Below are positions 1 to 12,391 of a stretch of 64,000 nucleotides of DNA, piece after piece. The stretch is taken from the NCBI RefSeq assembly GCF_009914755.1, contig NC_060933.1. One strand, given 5' to 3'. The translations under genes were made by a program, and so were the position numbers. Source of the stretch: the human T2T-CHM13v2.0 reference genome, Homo sapiens. Each line of letters begins with the position of its first letter. Position 1 is the stretch's first letter. The notes under the pieces were generated by a model that was not told the DNA's origin, did no database searches, and saw only the letters and a list, made by a program, of their open reading frames with translations.

Positions 1-59
1 CCACCAAACTTGGCCAATCTTTTCTTTTATATATAATACTTTTAAAATACATTTTTATT

Positions 60-335
60 TCTTTCGTCGCCCAGGCTGGAGAGCAATGGCGTAATCTCGG
101 CTCACGGCAACGGCAACCTCCGCTTCCTGGGCTCAAGTGATTCTCCTGCCTCAGCCTCACAAGTAGCTGGAATTACAGGCACACGCCACCATGCCCAGCT
201 AATTTTTGTATTTTTAGTAGAGATGGGGTTTCACTATGTTGTTCAGGCGGGTCTTGAACTCCTGACCTCAGGTGATCCACCTGTCTCGGCCTCCCAGAGT
301 GTTGGGATTACAGGCGTGAGCCACCGCATCCAGCC
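60..335 (-). mobile_element. Alu SINE (AluS-type)
   Basis: Reverse-complement Alu body (CCCAGGCTGGAG...CCTGACCTCAGGTGATCCACC...GGGATTACAGGCGTGAGCCACCG). Degenerate flanking repeat CTTTTATA(TA/GG)TAATACTTTTA on both sides. Confidence 0.95.
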
Positions 336-369
336 TCTTTTATAGGTAATACTTTTATTGTCAAGTCTA

Positions 370-560
370 AGAACTCTTTGTGTAGCCCAATCCCAAAGAT
401 TTTCTACTAATTTTTAAAGTTTTATAGTTTTCTGTTGTATACTTAATTCTATGATCTACTTTGAGGTAAGTTTTTGTATAAGGTATAAGGTTTAGGTAGA
501 GATTTTTTTTTATTTTTTTGCCTATGAATATCCAATTGCTCCAGCACTACTTGTTGAAAA
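370..560 (-). mobile_element. Old L1M ORF2 fragment
   Basis: TTTATAGTTTT...TTTTTGTATAAGGTATAAGG...ATATCCAATTGCTCCAGCACTACTTGTTGAAAA resembles antisense L1 ORF2 3' region. Confidence 0.7.
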
Positions 561-1344
561 ACAATTTGGTGTTAAAAAGACCTAAATTATATTAGTGTTA
601 GGAAAATATTATCCTTCATTCTGGACTTGAGAAGCTGCTATGCTGCTCCACAGAGCTAGTGTTCCTCATGAGATTCATAAAGCTCTGAAAGGTCCTGTAA
701 AGAAAGATACTAATTTATGCTAGCACTATATGGAGGTTATTACTTCTAAGGGTTTCCAAGTGGCTTGAAGCTCAGGCCAGGAGTGTCCTAGTAACTATCC
801 ACTATAGAATAAGATTGAGTGGAAGGAGATGAATCCATGGGTCTAATTCCAGAAGGACAGAAAGGCCTCGAAGTCGACTGCATGATCAATAGCACAGGCG
901 AGCAAACCTCCAGCTTTAAGGCCTATGGATCAGTAATCAGCCAGGTCACCCTCCTAGCAGTGTTTGTGCAGCCTCCATGTCACAGAGGCAACAAAACAGT
1001 TGAACAACACAGCCTAGTCAACTGGCCAATAGAATGAAAAATTATTTCTAGCATTTGCCTATGCTCTAGGTTTCCTTAAATATTAGCAAATAAATTTACC
1101 CTCGTTTCGGTGATCGTGGCTTCTCTATTACCTCCCATTCAAAGGTCTTTCACTCAGTTGTCACAATAAAGGGTAGTAGGAATGTATTTTTTTCAACTCT
1201 AATGCTAAAAGTTTTCAGTAGCTGTCAAATAAAATACATGCCATTACTGATCAAAAATCAAGAAATACCATTTCTTGGAAAGGTCTCAATTTAATTGCCT
1301 TTTAGACAACTGCAACCCAGCTAAAGTACCAGAGGAATAGTGAG

Positions 1345-1551
1345 CTGCATTGGAAACAGTACTAGATTACAGCTGACAGGTCAGGAAATCTAGTGTAGTC
1401 CTCATTAGCTGTGGGACTGCAGGGAAAACCCTTGACCTCTTTGTATTTCCACTTTCCTTTCCTCAAAATGGCAATAAGATTTGTCTTACTGACTTCACCA
1501 TGCCATTGTGAAGCTCAAATAAGATCATATATGTGAAAGTGCTTTGAAACT
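1345..1551 (+). mobile_element. MIR SINE
   Basis: MIR core and tail: CCTTGACCTCT...CAAAATGG...TTGTGAAGCTCAAATAAGATCATATATGTGAAAGTGCTTTG. Confidence 0.7.
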
Positions 1552-1947
1552 CCCACAGTTATCCAGACTGAGAAGGCGCTCATTACAACAGGCTTCCCTG
1601 GCTATTCAAGAACCCTGACTGCTGCCAACATCCTCCCCACCCTCCTACCCAGCATTGTTTAATTTTTAAAAATCTAATTTTGAGAGACTGTAGGTAAAGT
1701 GCTGAGTGCAGTGCCTGGAATCTAAGTGTTCAATAAATCACAGCTGTCATAATTCTTCTGCCACATGTCTTTACACTTCACTCTAACCGACTACATGACA
1801 AAGTTCGGTTAATGGGCTGTGGCAGAGTGGGCTCTCTACCAGATATCTGTGCTATCTACCTTTCTCTAGCATACAGTTATCACTGAGAAGTGGCTGCTCA
1901 TTCATCGACTACATTTCCAAAACCCTCCTGCAGTTAGCTGTGGCCAT
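1533..1947 (+). repeat. Source arm of 410-bp inverted duplication (copy at 4040-4449)
   Basis: Direct reverse-complement match to 4040-4449, about 10 substitutions and 2 small indels by manual comparison. Confidence 0.97.
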
Positions 1948-2285
1948 GTAACTGAGTTTTAGCAAAAGATTGTGAGCAAAAGTAATGTGTGCCACTTTAA
2001 AGCTTGGCCTTGAGAACTCTCAGGAAACGCTAAGCTCTTTGACCCTTCTCACTGCTTGGAATGGTGGATTCCCAAGGAGAATCTGGAAGGTATGTGTTGA
2101 GGACTGCAGATCCTCTGATTCCCTGACACTTCTAAATATATACACAGAGAAGGACTGATCAGCCAACCTATTTAACTGCCCAGGAAAACTGTTGCTTGAG
2201 CAAGAAATATGCTTCTATTGTTTTTGATTTATTGTGTAATTGTATTTATACAGTTTTTTTTTTACAGCAGTTAGCCTGTCCTAAG
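1818..2285 (+). mobile_element. MLT1-family (I/J/K-like) MaLR solo LTR
   Basis: GACTACATTTCC...GCAGTTAGCTGTGGCCATGTAACTGAGTT...AAGTAATGTGTGCCACTT and 3' TTACAGCAGTTAGCCT match old MLT1 LTRs. Confidence 0.7.
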
Positions 2286-2914
2286 GAAGTAATGGCTCAC
2301 TTTCTCATTTTCTTGTGAACATGTTGTATATATGCATGACTATATATCACCTTACTCTGCCTGACCACACCAGCTTAGGAATCCTCTGTGTCTGAGGGGA
2401 CAAACACAGAGGCGTCTGCCACCAGTCTCTATTCCATCTGTTCTGAGGACTCCAAATGCCACCCAAGTTACTCATCCTTGGGTGGCTTACTTGGATATTT
2501 CCCTTATTTAGAGATTATTACAGTCAGGAAGGGAAAATAGTGTAGAAATTGCACAGACTTCCAGGGTCTATGATGATGGCTAAGGTTGACTGCACAGAGG
2601 GGTCCCCAGTGTGCCCTTCTCCCTGTGGGGCACCTCTGTCTCTGTCTCTGTGTGTTGGCTGTGTGCTCTTACCTACTGCTCTGCCAAACCTTTCTACCTT
2701 TACAGTCTCAAATGGAAAGGTATCTTTTTCTTGTGAAGGGAACTTTTTCTACAAATCTTAAAAAGATCTTATCCCTAAGTGATTCTCCTTTTGGGACCCA
2801 TAAAGTAGTTTGGCATCTTCAGAATCCCAGCAACATCTGTTGAGAAAATTATATTTCCAAAGTCTAAGCCTAAGGACTATTTTAGTGACACCATTCTATA
2901 TCATGTGGCAGGCC

Positions 2915-3610
<696 letters not shown>

Positions 3611-4039
3611 AGGCCTTTGAATTCAGTGAATATGTGTCTTTCCTGTCACCTTCCCTGATTTCAGAGTAGACTCCTTATATTAGTAGAGACACTTCCACCT
3701 CCTCTTCTTTTTATTTTATCCTATTTTAGGTTCCAGGATACATGTGCAGGATGTGCAGGTTTGTTACTTAAAGATGTGCCATGGTGGTTTGCTGAACCTA
3801 TCAACCCTTCACTTAGGTATTAAGCCCAGCATGCATTGGCTATTTTTCCTGATGCTCTCCCTCCCCCTGCCACTCCCACAGGCCCCAATGTGTGTTGTTC
3901 CCCTCTCTGTGTCCATGTGTTCTCAATGTTCAGCTCCCACTTACAAGTGAGAACATGTGGTGTTTAGTTTTCTGTTCTTGCATTACTTTGCTGAGGATAA
4001 TGGCCTCCAGTTCCATCTCTGCCCCTGCAAAGGGGTGAG

Positions 4040-4449
4040 ATGGCCACAGCTAACTGCAGGAGGGTTTTGGAAATGTAGTCGATGAATGAGCAGCCACTTC
4101 TCTGTGATAACTGTATGCTAGAGAAAGGTAGGTAGCACAGATATCTGGTAGACAGCCCTCTCTGCCACAGCCCATTAACCAAACTTTGTCATGTAGTCAG
4201 AGTGAAGTGTAAAGACATGTGGCAGAAGAATTATGACAGCTGTGATTTATTGAACACTTAGATTCCAGGCACTGTACTCAGCACTTTACCTACAGTCTCT
4301 CAAAATTAGATTTTTAAAAATTAATCAATGCTGGGTAGGACGGGGGGAGGATGTTGGCAGCAGTCAGGGTTCTTGAATAGCCAGGGAAGCCTGTTGTAAT
4401 GAGCACCTTCTCAGTCTGGATAACTGTGGGAGTTTCAAAGCACTTTCAC
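4040..4449 (-). repeat. Inverted copy of 1533-1947 inserted into the L1 3' region
   Basis: ATGGCCACAGCTAACTGCAGG...GTTTCAAAGCACTTTCAC is the reverse complement of 1533-1947. It interrupts L1 between CCCTGCAAAGG and CTCATTCATTTTTATGGCTGCATAG. Confidence 0.97.
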
Positions 4450-5853
4450 GTTCATTTTTTTCAAAGCACTTTCACCCTCATTCATTTTTATGGCTGCATA
4501 GTATTCCATGGTATATATGTACCACATTTTCTTTATCCAGTCTATCACGGATGAACATTTAGGTTGATTCCATGCATTCACTATTGGGAATAGTGCTGCA
4601 ATGAACATAAGTGTGCATGTATCCTTATAATAGAATGATTTATATTCCTTTGGGTATATACCCAGTAATGGGATTGCTGGGTCAAATGGTATTTCTGATT
4701 CTAGGTCTTTAAGGAATCACACACTGTCTTCCGCAATGGTTGAACTAATTTATATTCCCACCAACAGTAAGAAAACTTTCCTATTTCTCCACAGCCTTGC
4801 CATCATCTGTTGTTTCTTGACTTTTTAATATTAATAATTTCCATTCTGACTGGTGTGAGATGGTATCTCATTGTGGTTTTGATTTGCATTTCTCTAATGA
4901 TCACGTGATGTTGAGCCTTTTTTCACATGTTTCTTTGCAACATGTATTCGTTTAAGAAGTGTCTGTTAATGTCCTTTGCCTACTTTTAATGGGGTTGTTT
5001 GTTATTTTCTTGTAAATTTGTTGAAGTTCCTTGTAGATTCTGGATATTAGACCTTTGTCAAATGGGTAGATTGCAAATAATTTTTCCAGTACTGTAGGTT
5101 GTCTTTTCACTGTGATGATAGTTTCTTTGTCTGTGCAGGAGCTCTTTAGTTTAATTAGACCCCATTTGTCAGTTTTCGTTTTTGTTGCAATTGCTTTTGA
5201 CATTTTTATCATGAAATCTTTGCCTGTACTTATGTGCTGAATGATATTGCTTAGATTTTCTTCTAGAGATTTTATAGTTTTGGGTTTTACATTTAAGTTT
5301 TTAATCCACCTTGAGTTAATTTTTGTATAAGGCATAAGGAAGGGGTCCAGTTTCAATTTTCTGCATGTGGCTAGCCAGTTTCCCCAGCGCCAGGTATTAA
5401 ATAGGGAATTTTTTCCCCATTGCTTGTTTTTGTCAGGTTTGCCGAATATCAGTTGGTTGTAGATGTGTGGTCTTATTCCTGAGATCTCTACTCTGTTCCA
5501 TTGGTTGATGTGTCTGTTTTTGTACCAGTACCATGCTGTTTTGGTTACTGTAGCCTTATAGTATAGATTGAAATCAGGTAGCGTGATGCCTCCAGCCTTG
5601 TTCTTTTTGCTTAGGATTGTCTTGGCTATACGGGCTCTTTTTTGATTCCATATGAAATTTAAAGTAGTTTTTTTCTAATTACGTGAAGAATGTTAATGGT
5701 AGTTTAATGGGAATAGCATTGAATCTATAAATTACTTTGGGCAGTATAGCCATTTTCACGATATTGATTCTTCCTATCCATGAGCAAGGAATGTTTTTCC
5801 ATCTGCTCGTGTCCTCCCTGATTTCCTTGAGCAGTGGTTTGTAGTTCTCCTGT

Positions 5854-5892
5854 GGTTCTGGAATAGCCAAGGAAGCCTGTTGTAATGAGCGC
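5854..5892 (-). repeat. 39-bp inverted copy of 1576-1614 filling an L1 ORF2 deletion
   Basis: GGTTCTGGAATAGCCAAGGAAGCCTGTTGTAATGAGCGC matches the reverse complement of 1576-1614 at 37/39. Confidence 0.92.
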
Positions 5893-8800
5893 TGAAGTTG
5901 CTTATCAGCTTAAGAATCTTTTAGGCTGAAGTGATGGTGTTCTATAGGTGTAGGATCATGTCATCTACAAACAGAAACAGTTTGACTTCCTTTCTTCCTA
6001 TTTGAATACCTTTATGTCTTTCTCTTGCCTGATTGCCCTGGCCAGAACTTCCAATACTATGTTGAATAGGAGTGATCAGAGAGGGCATACTTGCCTTGTG
6101 CAGGTTTTCAAGAGGAATGCTTTCAGCTTTTGCCCATTTAGTATGATACTGGCTGTGGGTTTGTCATAAATGGTTCTGATTATTTTGAGGTATGTTCCAT
6201 CAATACCTAGTTTATTGAGTGTTTTTAACATGAAGGGATGTTGAATTTTATCAAAGGCCTTTTCTGTGTCTATTGAGAGAATCATGTGTTTTTTGTCTTT
6301 AGTTCTGTTTATGTGATGAATTGCTTATTGATTTGCATATGTTGAACCAGCCTTGCATCCCAGGAATGAAGCCGACTTGATTGTGGTGGATAAGCTTTAT
6401 GATGTGCTGGCTGGATTCAGCTTGCCAGTATTTTACTGAGGATTTTGCATTTTTGTTCATCAGGGATTTTGACCTGAAGGTTTCTTTTTTTTTTTTGTAT
6501 CTTTGCTAGGTTTTGGTATCAGGATGATGCTGGCTTCATAAAATGAGTTAGGGAGGAGTTCCCCTTTTTCAATTGTTTGGACTAGTTTCTGAAGAAATGG
6601 TACCAGCTTTTCTTTGTACTTCTGGTAGAATTTAGCTGCAAATTCGTCTGGTCCTGGGCTTTTTTTGGTTGATAGGATTTGTTTTTGCCTCAGTTTTAGA
6701 ACTTGTTATTGGTCTATTCAGGGATTCAACTTCTTCCTGGTTTAGTCTTGGGAGGCTGTATGTATCCAGGAATTTATCCATTTCTTCTAGATCTTCTAGT
6801 TTATTTGCATAGAGGTGTTTATAGTATTTTCTGATGGTTGTTTGTATTTCTGTGGGGTCAGTGGTAATATCCCCTTTATCAATTTTTATTGTGTCTATTT
6901 GATTCTTTTCTCTTTATTATTCTAGCCAGTGGTCTATGTATTTTATTAATTTTTTTTTCAAAAAACCAGCTCCTGGATTCACTGATTTTTTTGAAGGGTT
7001 TTTTGTGTCTCTATCTTCTTCAGTTTTGCGCTGAGCTTGATTATTTCTTGTCTTCTGCTAGCTTTGGCGTTTGTTTGTGCTTGGTTCACTAGTAGTTTTA
7101 GTTGTGATGTTAGGATCTTGATTTGAGATCTTTTTAATTTTTTGATGTGGGCATTTAGTTCTATAAATTCCCCTCTTAACACTGCTTTAGCTGTGTCCCA
7201 GAGATTCTGGTACATTGTCTCTTGTTCTCATTGGTTTCAAAAAACTTCTTGATTTCTGCCTTAATTTCATTATTTACCCAGGAGTCATTCAGGAGCAGGT
7301 TGTTCAATTTCCATGTAGTTGTGTGGTTTTGAGTGAGTTTCTTAATCTTGAGTTCTAATTTGATTATTTGATTATTTTTTTGCATTGGGTTAGAACATGC
7401 CCCTTTAGCTCAGCGAAGTTTGTTATTACTCAGCTACCGAAGCCTACTTCTGTCAGTTCATCCATCTCAGCCTCAGCCCAGTTCTGTACCCTTGCTGGAG
7501 AGGTGTTGCGATCATTTGGAGGAGAAGAAGCACTCTGAGTTTTTGAGTTTTCAGTATTGTTTTCATTGATTTTTTGTTTTAATCCTCAGTGAGTTTATCT
7601 ACTTTTGATCTTTGAGGCTGCTGACCTTTGGATGAATTTTTTTGTGGGGGCTTTTTGTTGATGCTGTGGTAGTTGTTGCTTTTTGTTTTTCTTTTAACAG
7701 TCAGGCCCCTCTTCCATAGGGCTGCTGTGGATTGCTGGGGGTTCACTCCAGACCCTAGACCCTATTTACCTGGGTCGCTCCTGCACTTGGAGGTGTCACC
7801 AGTGCAGGCTGCAGGATAGCAAAGATGGCTGCCTACTCCTCCCCCTGGGAGCTCCATCCCAGAGGGGCACCGACCTGATGCCAGCAGGAATGCTGCTGTA
7901 TAAGGTGTCTGGCAACCTCTGTTGGGGGGGTCTCACCCAGTCAGGAGGCATGAGATCAGGGACCCACTTCACAAGGCACTCTGGCTGCCCCTTGGTGGAG
8001 GGGCTGCGCTGTGCTGGGGGGGCATCCTGCTCGTTCGGATTGCCCAGATTCCTCAGAGCCAGCAGGGGTAAAGATTAAGTCTGCTCATCTGCCTAGACCA
8101 CAGCAGCCCCTCCCCTCATGGACTCCATCCCAAGGAGATCAGAGTTCTGACTGTAAACCCTTTGCTGGAGTTGCTAAAATTCCTGTAGAGAAGCCCTGCC
8201 CAGTGAGGAAGGATGGGTCCAGGTTCAGCCTAAAAAGGCAGTCTTCCCATGATCTGTCAAAGACACTGTGAGAAATTCCTCCTGGGTCCAAACTGCCCAG
8301 TCTCCCTGGCACCGGCAGAAGAAAATGGCAGACTGGTACCTCCTCTTCTTTCGCCAAGTCTTAATGCCCCATCGACCATGTCTAAAGTTCCCTTTTCCTT
8401 TCTTCACAGAATCTTTGAGCCCTTCTAGCCAAGAGGACTCTGGCCCATCTCACTGAGCCCCCAAGAACCCCAGGGTGCATGTGCAGATAGAAACCTTGCA
8501 AGGCCCTTGTTGCTGAGCTATGGCAGATGGGCGTTAATCTGTTTTCATGGCTTAGAGGCAGACACGAAATCCATCGGCTAGAGGGACTGATGAGCTGCTT
8601 GGGAATAAGATCATTCTCAGAGGAAGAGAGTGAGATGCCCAGGCTTGATTCAGCACAATACTCTCACTGTTGGGCCAAGACTGTTCTGATTCAGAATACA
8701 GCATGCGTAGTGTTAAATAGAGGCCAAGTTCAAGGGTAAAGTGGATAAAGATAAAAATGTAAAGCTGTTTACACACAGGGAGTTCCTGAGGTTCGGAGCA

Positions 8801-9769
8801 TAGGCCAGTACAGTTTGAGGTTAATTTTAAAAGAGAATAGCATGAAGTTGGGTTGAGGGATTATTTTACTTTCATCCTTGGCCGCCCAGGTGCTCAGATG
8901 TGGGGGCACCTGGGGCCACTTAGTGGTGTTTGTTTTCAGAGACACTGGGTAAGGAGGGACTGAAATAGCTGAAGGCCAGGTACAATAAGTGGATGGGAGA
9001 AAGAAAAGATCAAGTCAAGAGGCCAAGGGGCAGGATGAGAATGAGAATATCAACAACAAAAGTAATTAGAATGAGGTGGCTGGAGAAAAGCGTAAGGAAA
9101 AATTGGAGAGTAAATTCAGGAAGAAATCCTGCCAGTGAGCTGAATAGCAGTGTTTCTCCCTTGGTCTGTGATAGGGATCAGATGAAAGTCTTCTAAAACT
9201 AATAAAAGAATGTTAGTAAAGTTATTTATCTCTGTGCAGATGATGGAGAAGTGGAATTAAGTTGAGAAAAATATTCTAAGAGCATAATGGACAATCATGG
9301 GACTCTGAACATGTGACATACTATATTTTTTTTTCTAATTTTTCCCTTATGACGTGTAAAAATCAAATTACGCAAAGCAGCAAAGTCTGAGAATCTGTGG
9401 TTCAAATAAATCAATCAGAAATAAGCTTTTAAAGTGCAGTCTGTTTTTCAAGAGTTGGCTTTATTAAGTAAAATGAGAATGACCTACAGATATTTGCCAT
9501 ATCAATTTTTGTGACATGTTTGATAGAAGGCATTTTCTGTCCGTGAGGAGTTTTATCTAATCAAATTTTCTTAATACGGCCCACATTTGATGCAGTCACA
9601 GAGACTCTAAACTCCATCTTTACTGCTTTTCCTCCTCTGAGTTTGTTAAATACAGCGCAGCCATCGGCCCTGTAGAAATCTTTATTTGAACAAATGAAAA
9701 AAAAAAACAAACCCAAGACTGGGGAACCCTAACATATCACATGGGCATTTTCGAGGGGGAGGTAGTTAT

Positions 9770-9965
9770 CACCACAGCCTCTGGAGCCAAGGAGATCTAG
9801 GCTTAGCCCAGCTTAGCCCTCAGATCAGTCATGGACCTAATGAAAACTGACTTAAGACTCAAGTTTCCTCAGTGAAAAGCAGAGATAATAATAGTAACAA
9901 ATGGAGTAATGCATGTACATTGCTTAGAACCTTAAAATAAATTTAACAGAAGTTAGCTCTTATTT
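9770..9965 (+). mobile_element. MIR fragment
   Basis: AAGTTTCCTCAGTGAAAAGCAGAGATAATAATAGTA...TAATGCATGTACATTGCTTAGAAC. Confidence 0.55.
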
Positions 9966-10122
9966 AATAACTGCATCTAAAGCAATTTAAAACATTTCTG
10001 CCTCTTTGTCCAAATGAAACTGGTGCAGTTATACCACCAGCCATAAATTCAACAAAAAATTCTACTGGAGAGACTCCTACCTGGGTGGTGACCAGTGGTA
10101 TATATAATTCTCTGTATGTACA

Positions 10123-10124
10123 TG

Positions 10125-10172
<48 letters not shown>
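10123..10172. repeat. Compound (TG)n(AG)n microsatellite
   Basis: Direct reading. Confidence 0.95.
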
Positions 10173-10173
<1 letters not shown>

Positions 10174-10264
10174 ATGCAAGTGAAAGACAATGACATCTTT
10201 AAAGAACTGAAAGAAAAACAAAACCTATCAACCCATGATCCTCTGCCCAAATGAATTTTTACTT

Positions 10265-10425
10265 AAAAAATTCAATTATAACTTTCTCAATTTCTTTGTG
10301 TAGATCCTGGCATCATAGTCCTGATACCTGAAGAATTTATCATTTATTGTAGCGCAGGTCTTCTGGCAATGAATTCTCTAAATATTTTAATGTTTCATTG
10401 AGCTGAAAAAGTCCCTATTTTGGCT
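10265..10425 (-). mobile_element. Old L1M fragment
   Basis: TGTAGCGCAGGTCTTCTGGCAATGAATTCTCT...CTGAAAAAGTCCCTATTTTG resembles L1MC/ME. Confidence 0.45.
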
Positions 10426-11749
10426 TATGATTACCCATGGTAGCCACCTAGCATGCTCCCTTGTATAACGGGAGGAAACCCCATCACTACAGGACAGGTG
10501 ACAATTGACTCAAGACAGAGCACTATGCATTTTACTCTGTTTCTTGTCTCTTAGAATTCTAGCTCCTTGAAAGCAGGAGCAGTCTTAGCACATAGCTCAA
10601 GTCACACTTTCCTCAGCAGCCACCACTTCGGCCACTTCTGAATTGGCAGCAGCCACATTCCCTATCACTGTCCCCTTAGCTGCCCCACCATTGCCTCCGT
10701 ATATTCCTGCGCCATGTGTCACGATTGACCCATCCTATCACAGCCGTGTCGGTGAAAGCTTGAGGTGACAAGGGCTGTACTATCACATCTTCCCTAGAGA
10801 TAGCTAAGCAGCTAGGTGGGATTGGGAAGCCAACAGAATGTGGGGGTGAAGATGAGGAGATGATGGGGGGGGGATATGACAGAGGTGACCCAGGGCAGGA
10901 ATGGTTGCATCAGGGATGGACAGGATGGGGGAGATGAGTGAGCTGAGGACACCTGTGACTCCATGGAGACAGAAAATGCCCTTCAGAAGGAAGAAATATG
11001 GGTGCAGAAGTTGGTGGGTAGGGATGGGTATAGGGACAGAGATGGGGAAGGCTGTGTGTGTGTTTGTGTGTTTAAGTTTAATATCATTTGTTTTGAACTG
11101 ATAGGCTGGAAAAAATCTTTTAAAATAATAACAAGCTATTTACCAGGCAAAGGACAATTGCATCTAGACTAGTAAGAAACATATTAGAAAAAACTTAGTT
11201 GGAGCCCTGGACCTGCCACTGTGAAGCTTTCTAAGCTCTAGTTAAATCTTCTATGACTATTAAATAAAATAATGTATATAATGTCCTAGAACATTGGAGC
11301 TACACAGCAAATACTATTAGTATTAACCACATAAACTTGGAAATCATGCAGACTTTTGTCAAAATATTATTCACCTGCCTTTCTATTTAAAAAAAGAGGT
11401 TTTCATATTCCCAACCTCCATGGTTCTTTTGGGGTTTATCTACTCTATGATAATTCTGTGATATAATTCACCATGATTTTAAGCATGAGCCCCAATTTGC
11501 ATGCCAGCCAGACATAGATAAATGCACATATAGAAAAGGCTTGAATAGTCTTCAAAATATTCTAATTATTCATCTTGGTAATTTTTTTTTCACACACACA
11601 CAAAATTCCTCCAAGGATTAAGCAACATTATCATTTGTCTAAATCAAGTAGACTCAGAATGTTTGGTAGGCTGTTTGCCACTGTAAATACAACTACTGTT
11701 GCAGAAATGTCAGAGAGAATAACTTAGTCTGTATTAAGTCACCTCCCTG

Positions 11750-12390
11750 CCTCAGATTTCTCCGCTCTCAACATGCGACTTTTACGCCTTACCAAACTTG
11801 CATTTCCAGAGCACAGATCTGTGCATGTCTTGTCTCTCACCCTGATCCTCCAGGGGGTCCTCATTGTCAAACAGCTCATCTGACATGCCTGGGACACATT
11901 TCTAGCCTCAACTCTCATGAAGCCTCCTCAGAGACCTTATGTTCTAGAAAAACTGAGACATATTTTATTTCTTGTCCCATGCTTTCCCAGTGGGAATGTT
12001 TAAATTCTACCCATGCATTGAGGCTCAGATAAAATAGCATGTCCTTTTGAAGCTTTTCCTAATTCCCATGTTTAAATCCAAGGTGATAATTTTTGTCTCT
12101 ACACTATCATGGAACTTTATTTTACCCATTTTTTACTGTACTTGCCTACCTGTCTAATTGCTCGCCTCTCTCCCTCCTCTCCTTACACTCCTTTCTTCCT
12201 CAAACACCATGGGCACCTATATGTTTTACAGGCTGAGCATAAAGTGATGAACAATGCAGAAAAGATCCATACTCTAGTGGATGTGACAGTATTCTTGGGG
12301 CAAAGATAGCCATGAATCTAATAACCAAAAAGCAAATTTGTAATTACAAAATGAGTTGAGTACTGCCAAGGAAAGTACAGAGCACCATGA
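11750..12390. mobile_element. L2 fragments
   Basis: L2 3' motifs (AAGCTTTTCCTAATTCCC; ATCCATACTCTAGTGGATGTGACAGT; TACTGCCAAGGAAAGTACAGAGCACCATGAG). Confidence 0.45.
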
Positions 12391-12391
12391 G

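Larger units (their letters stand above)
3711..8337 (-). mobile_element. LINE-1 (L1PA8-L1PA10-like), truncated within the 5'UTR and internally deleted; decayed ORF1/ORF2
   Basis: L1PA 3'UTR at 3711-4030. ORF2 peptide remnants ([16 protein letters not shown]; [13 protein letters not shown]; [16 protein letters not shown]; [14 protein letters not shown]) and RT motif FVDDMI near 5954-5975. ORF1 N-terminus and 5'UTR at 7381-8337. 14-bp TSD ACCTCCTCTTCTTT at 3697-3710 and 8338-8351. Confidence 0.96.

Noticed and set aside
4040-4449. L1 3' transduction or twin-priming inversion as the explanation for the insert
   Set aside because: The insert is internal to the L1 rather than after the poly(A), derives from local DNA 2 kb away rather than from L1, and the L1 orientation is unchanged on both sides.
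4952-7385. Minus-strand ORFs with RT/endonuclease-like peptides
   Set aside because: These are broken fragments of L1 ORF2 with frameshifts, stops and deletions, not a functional gene.
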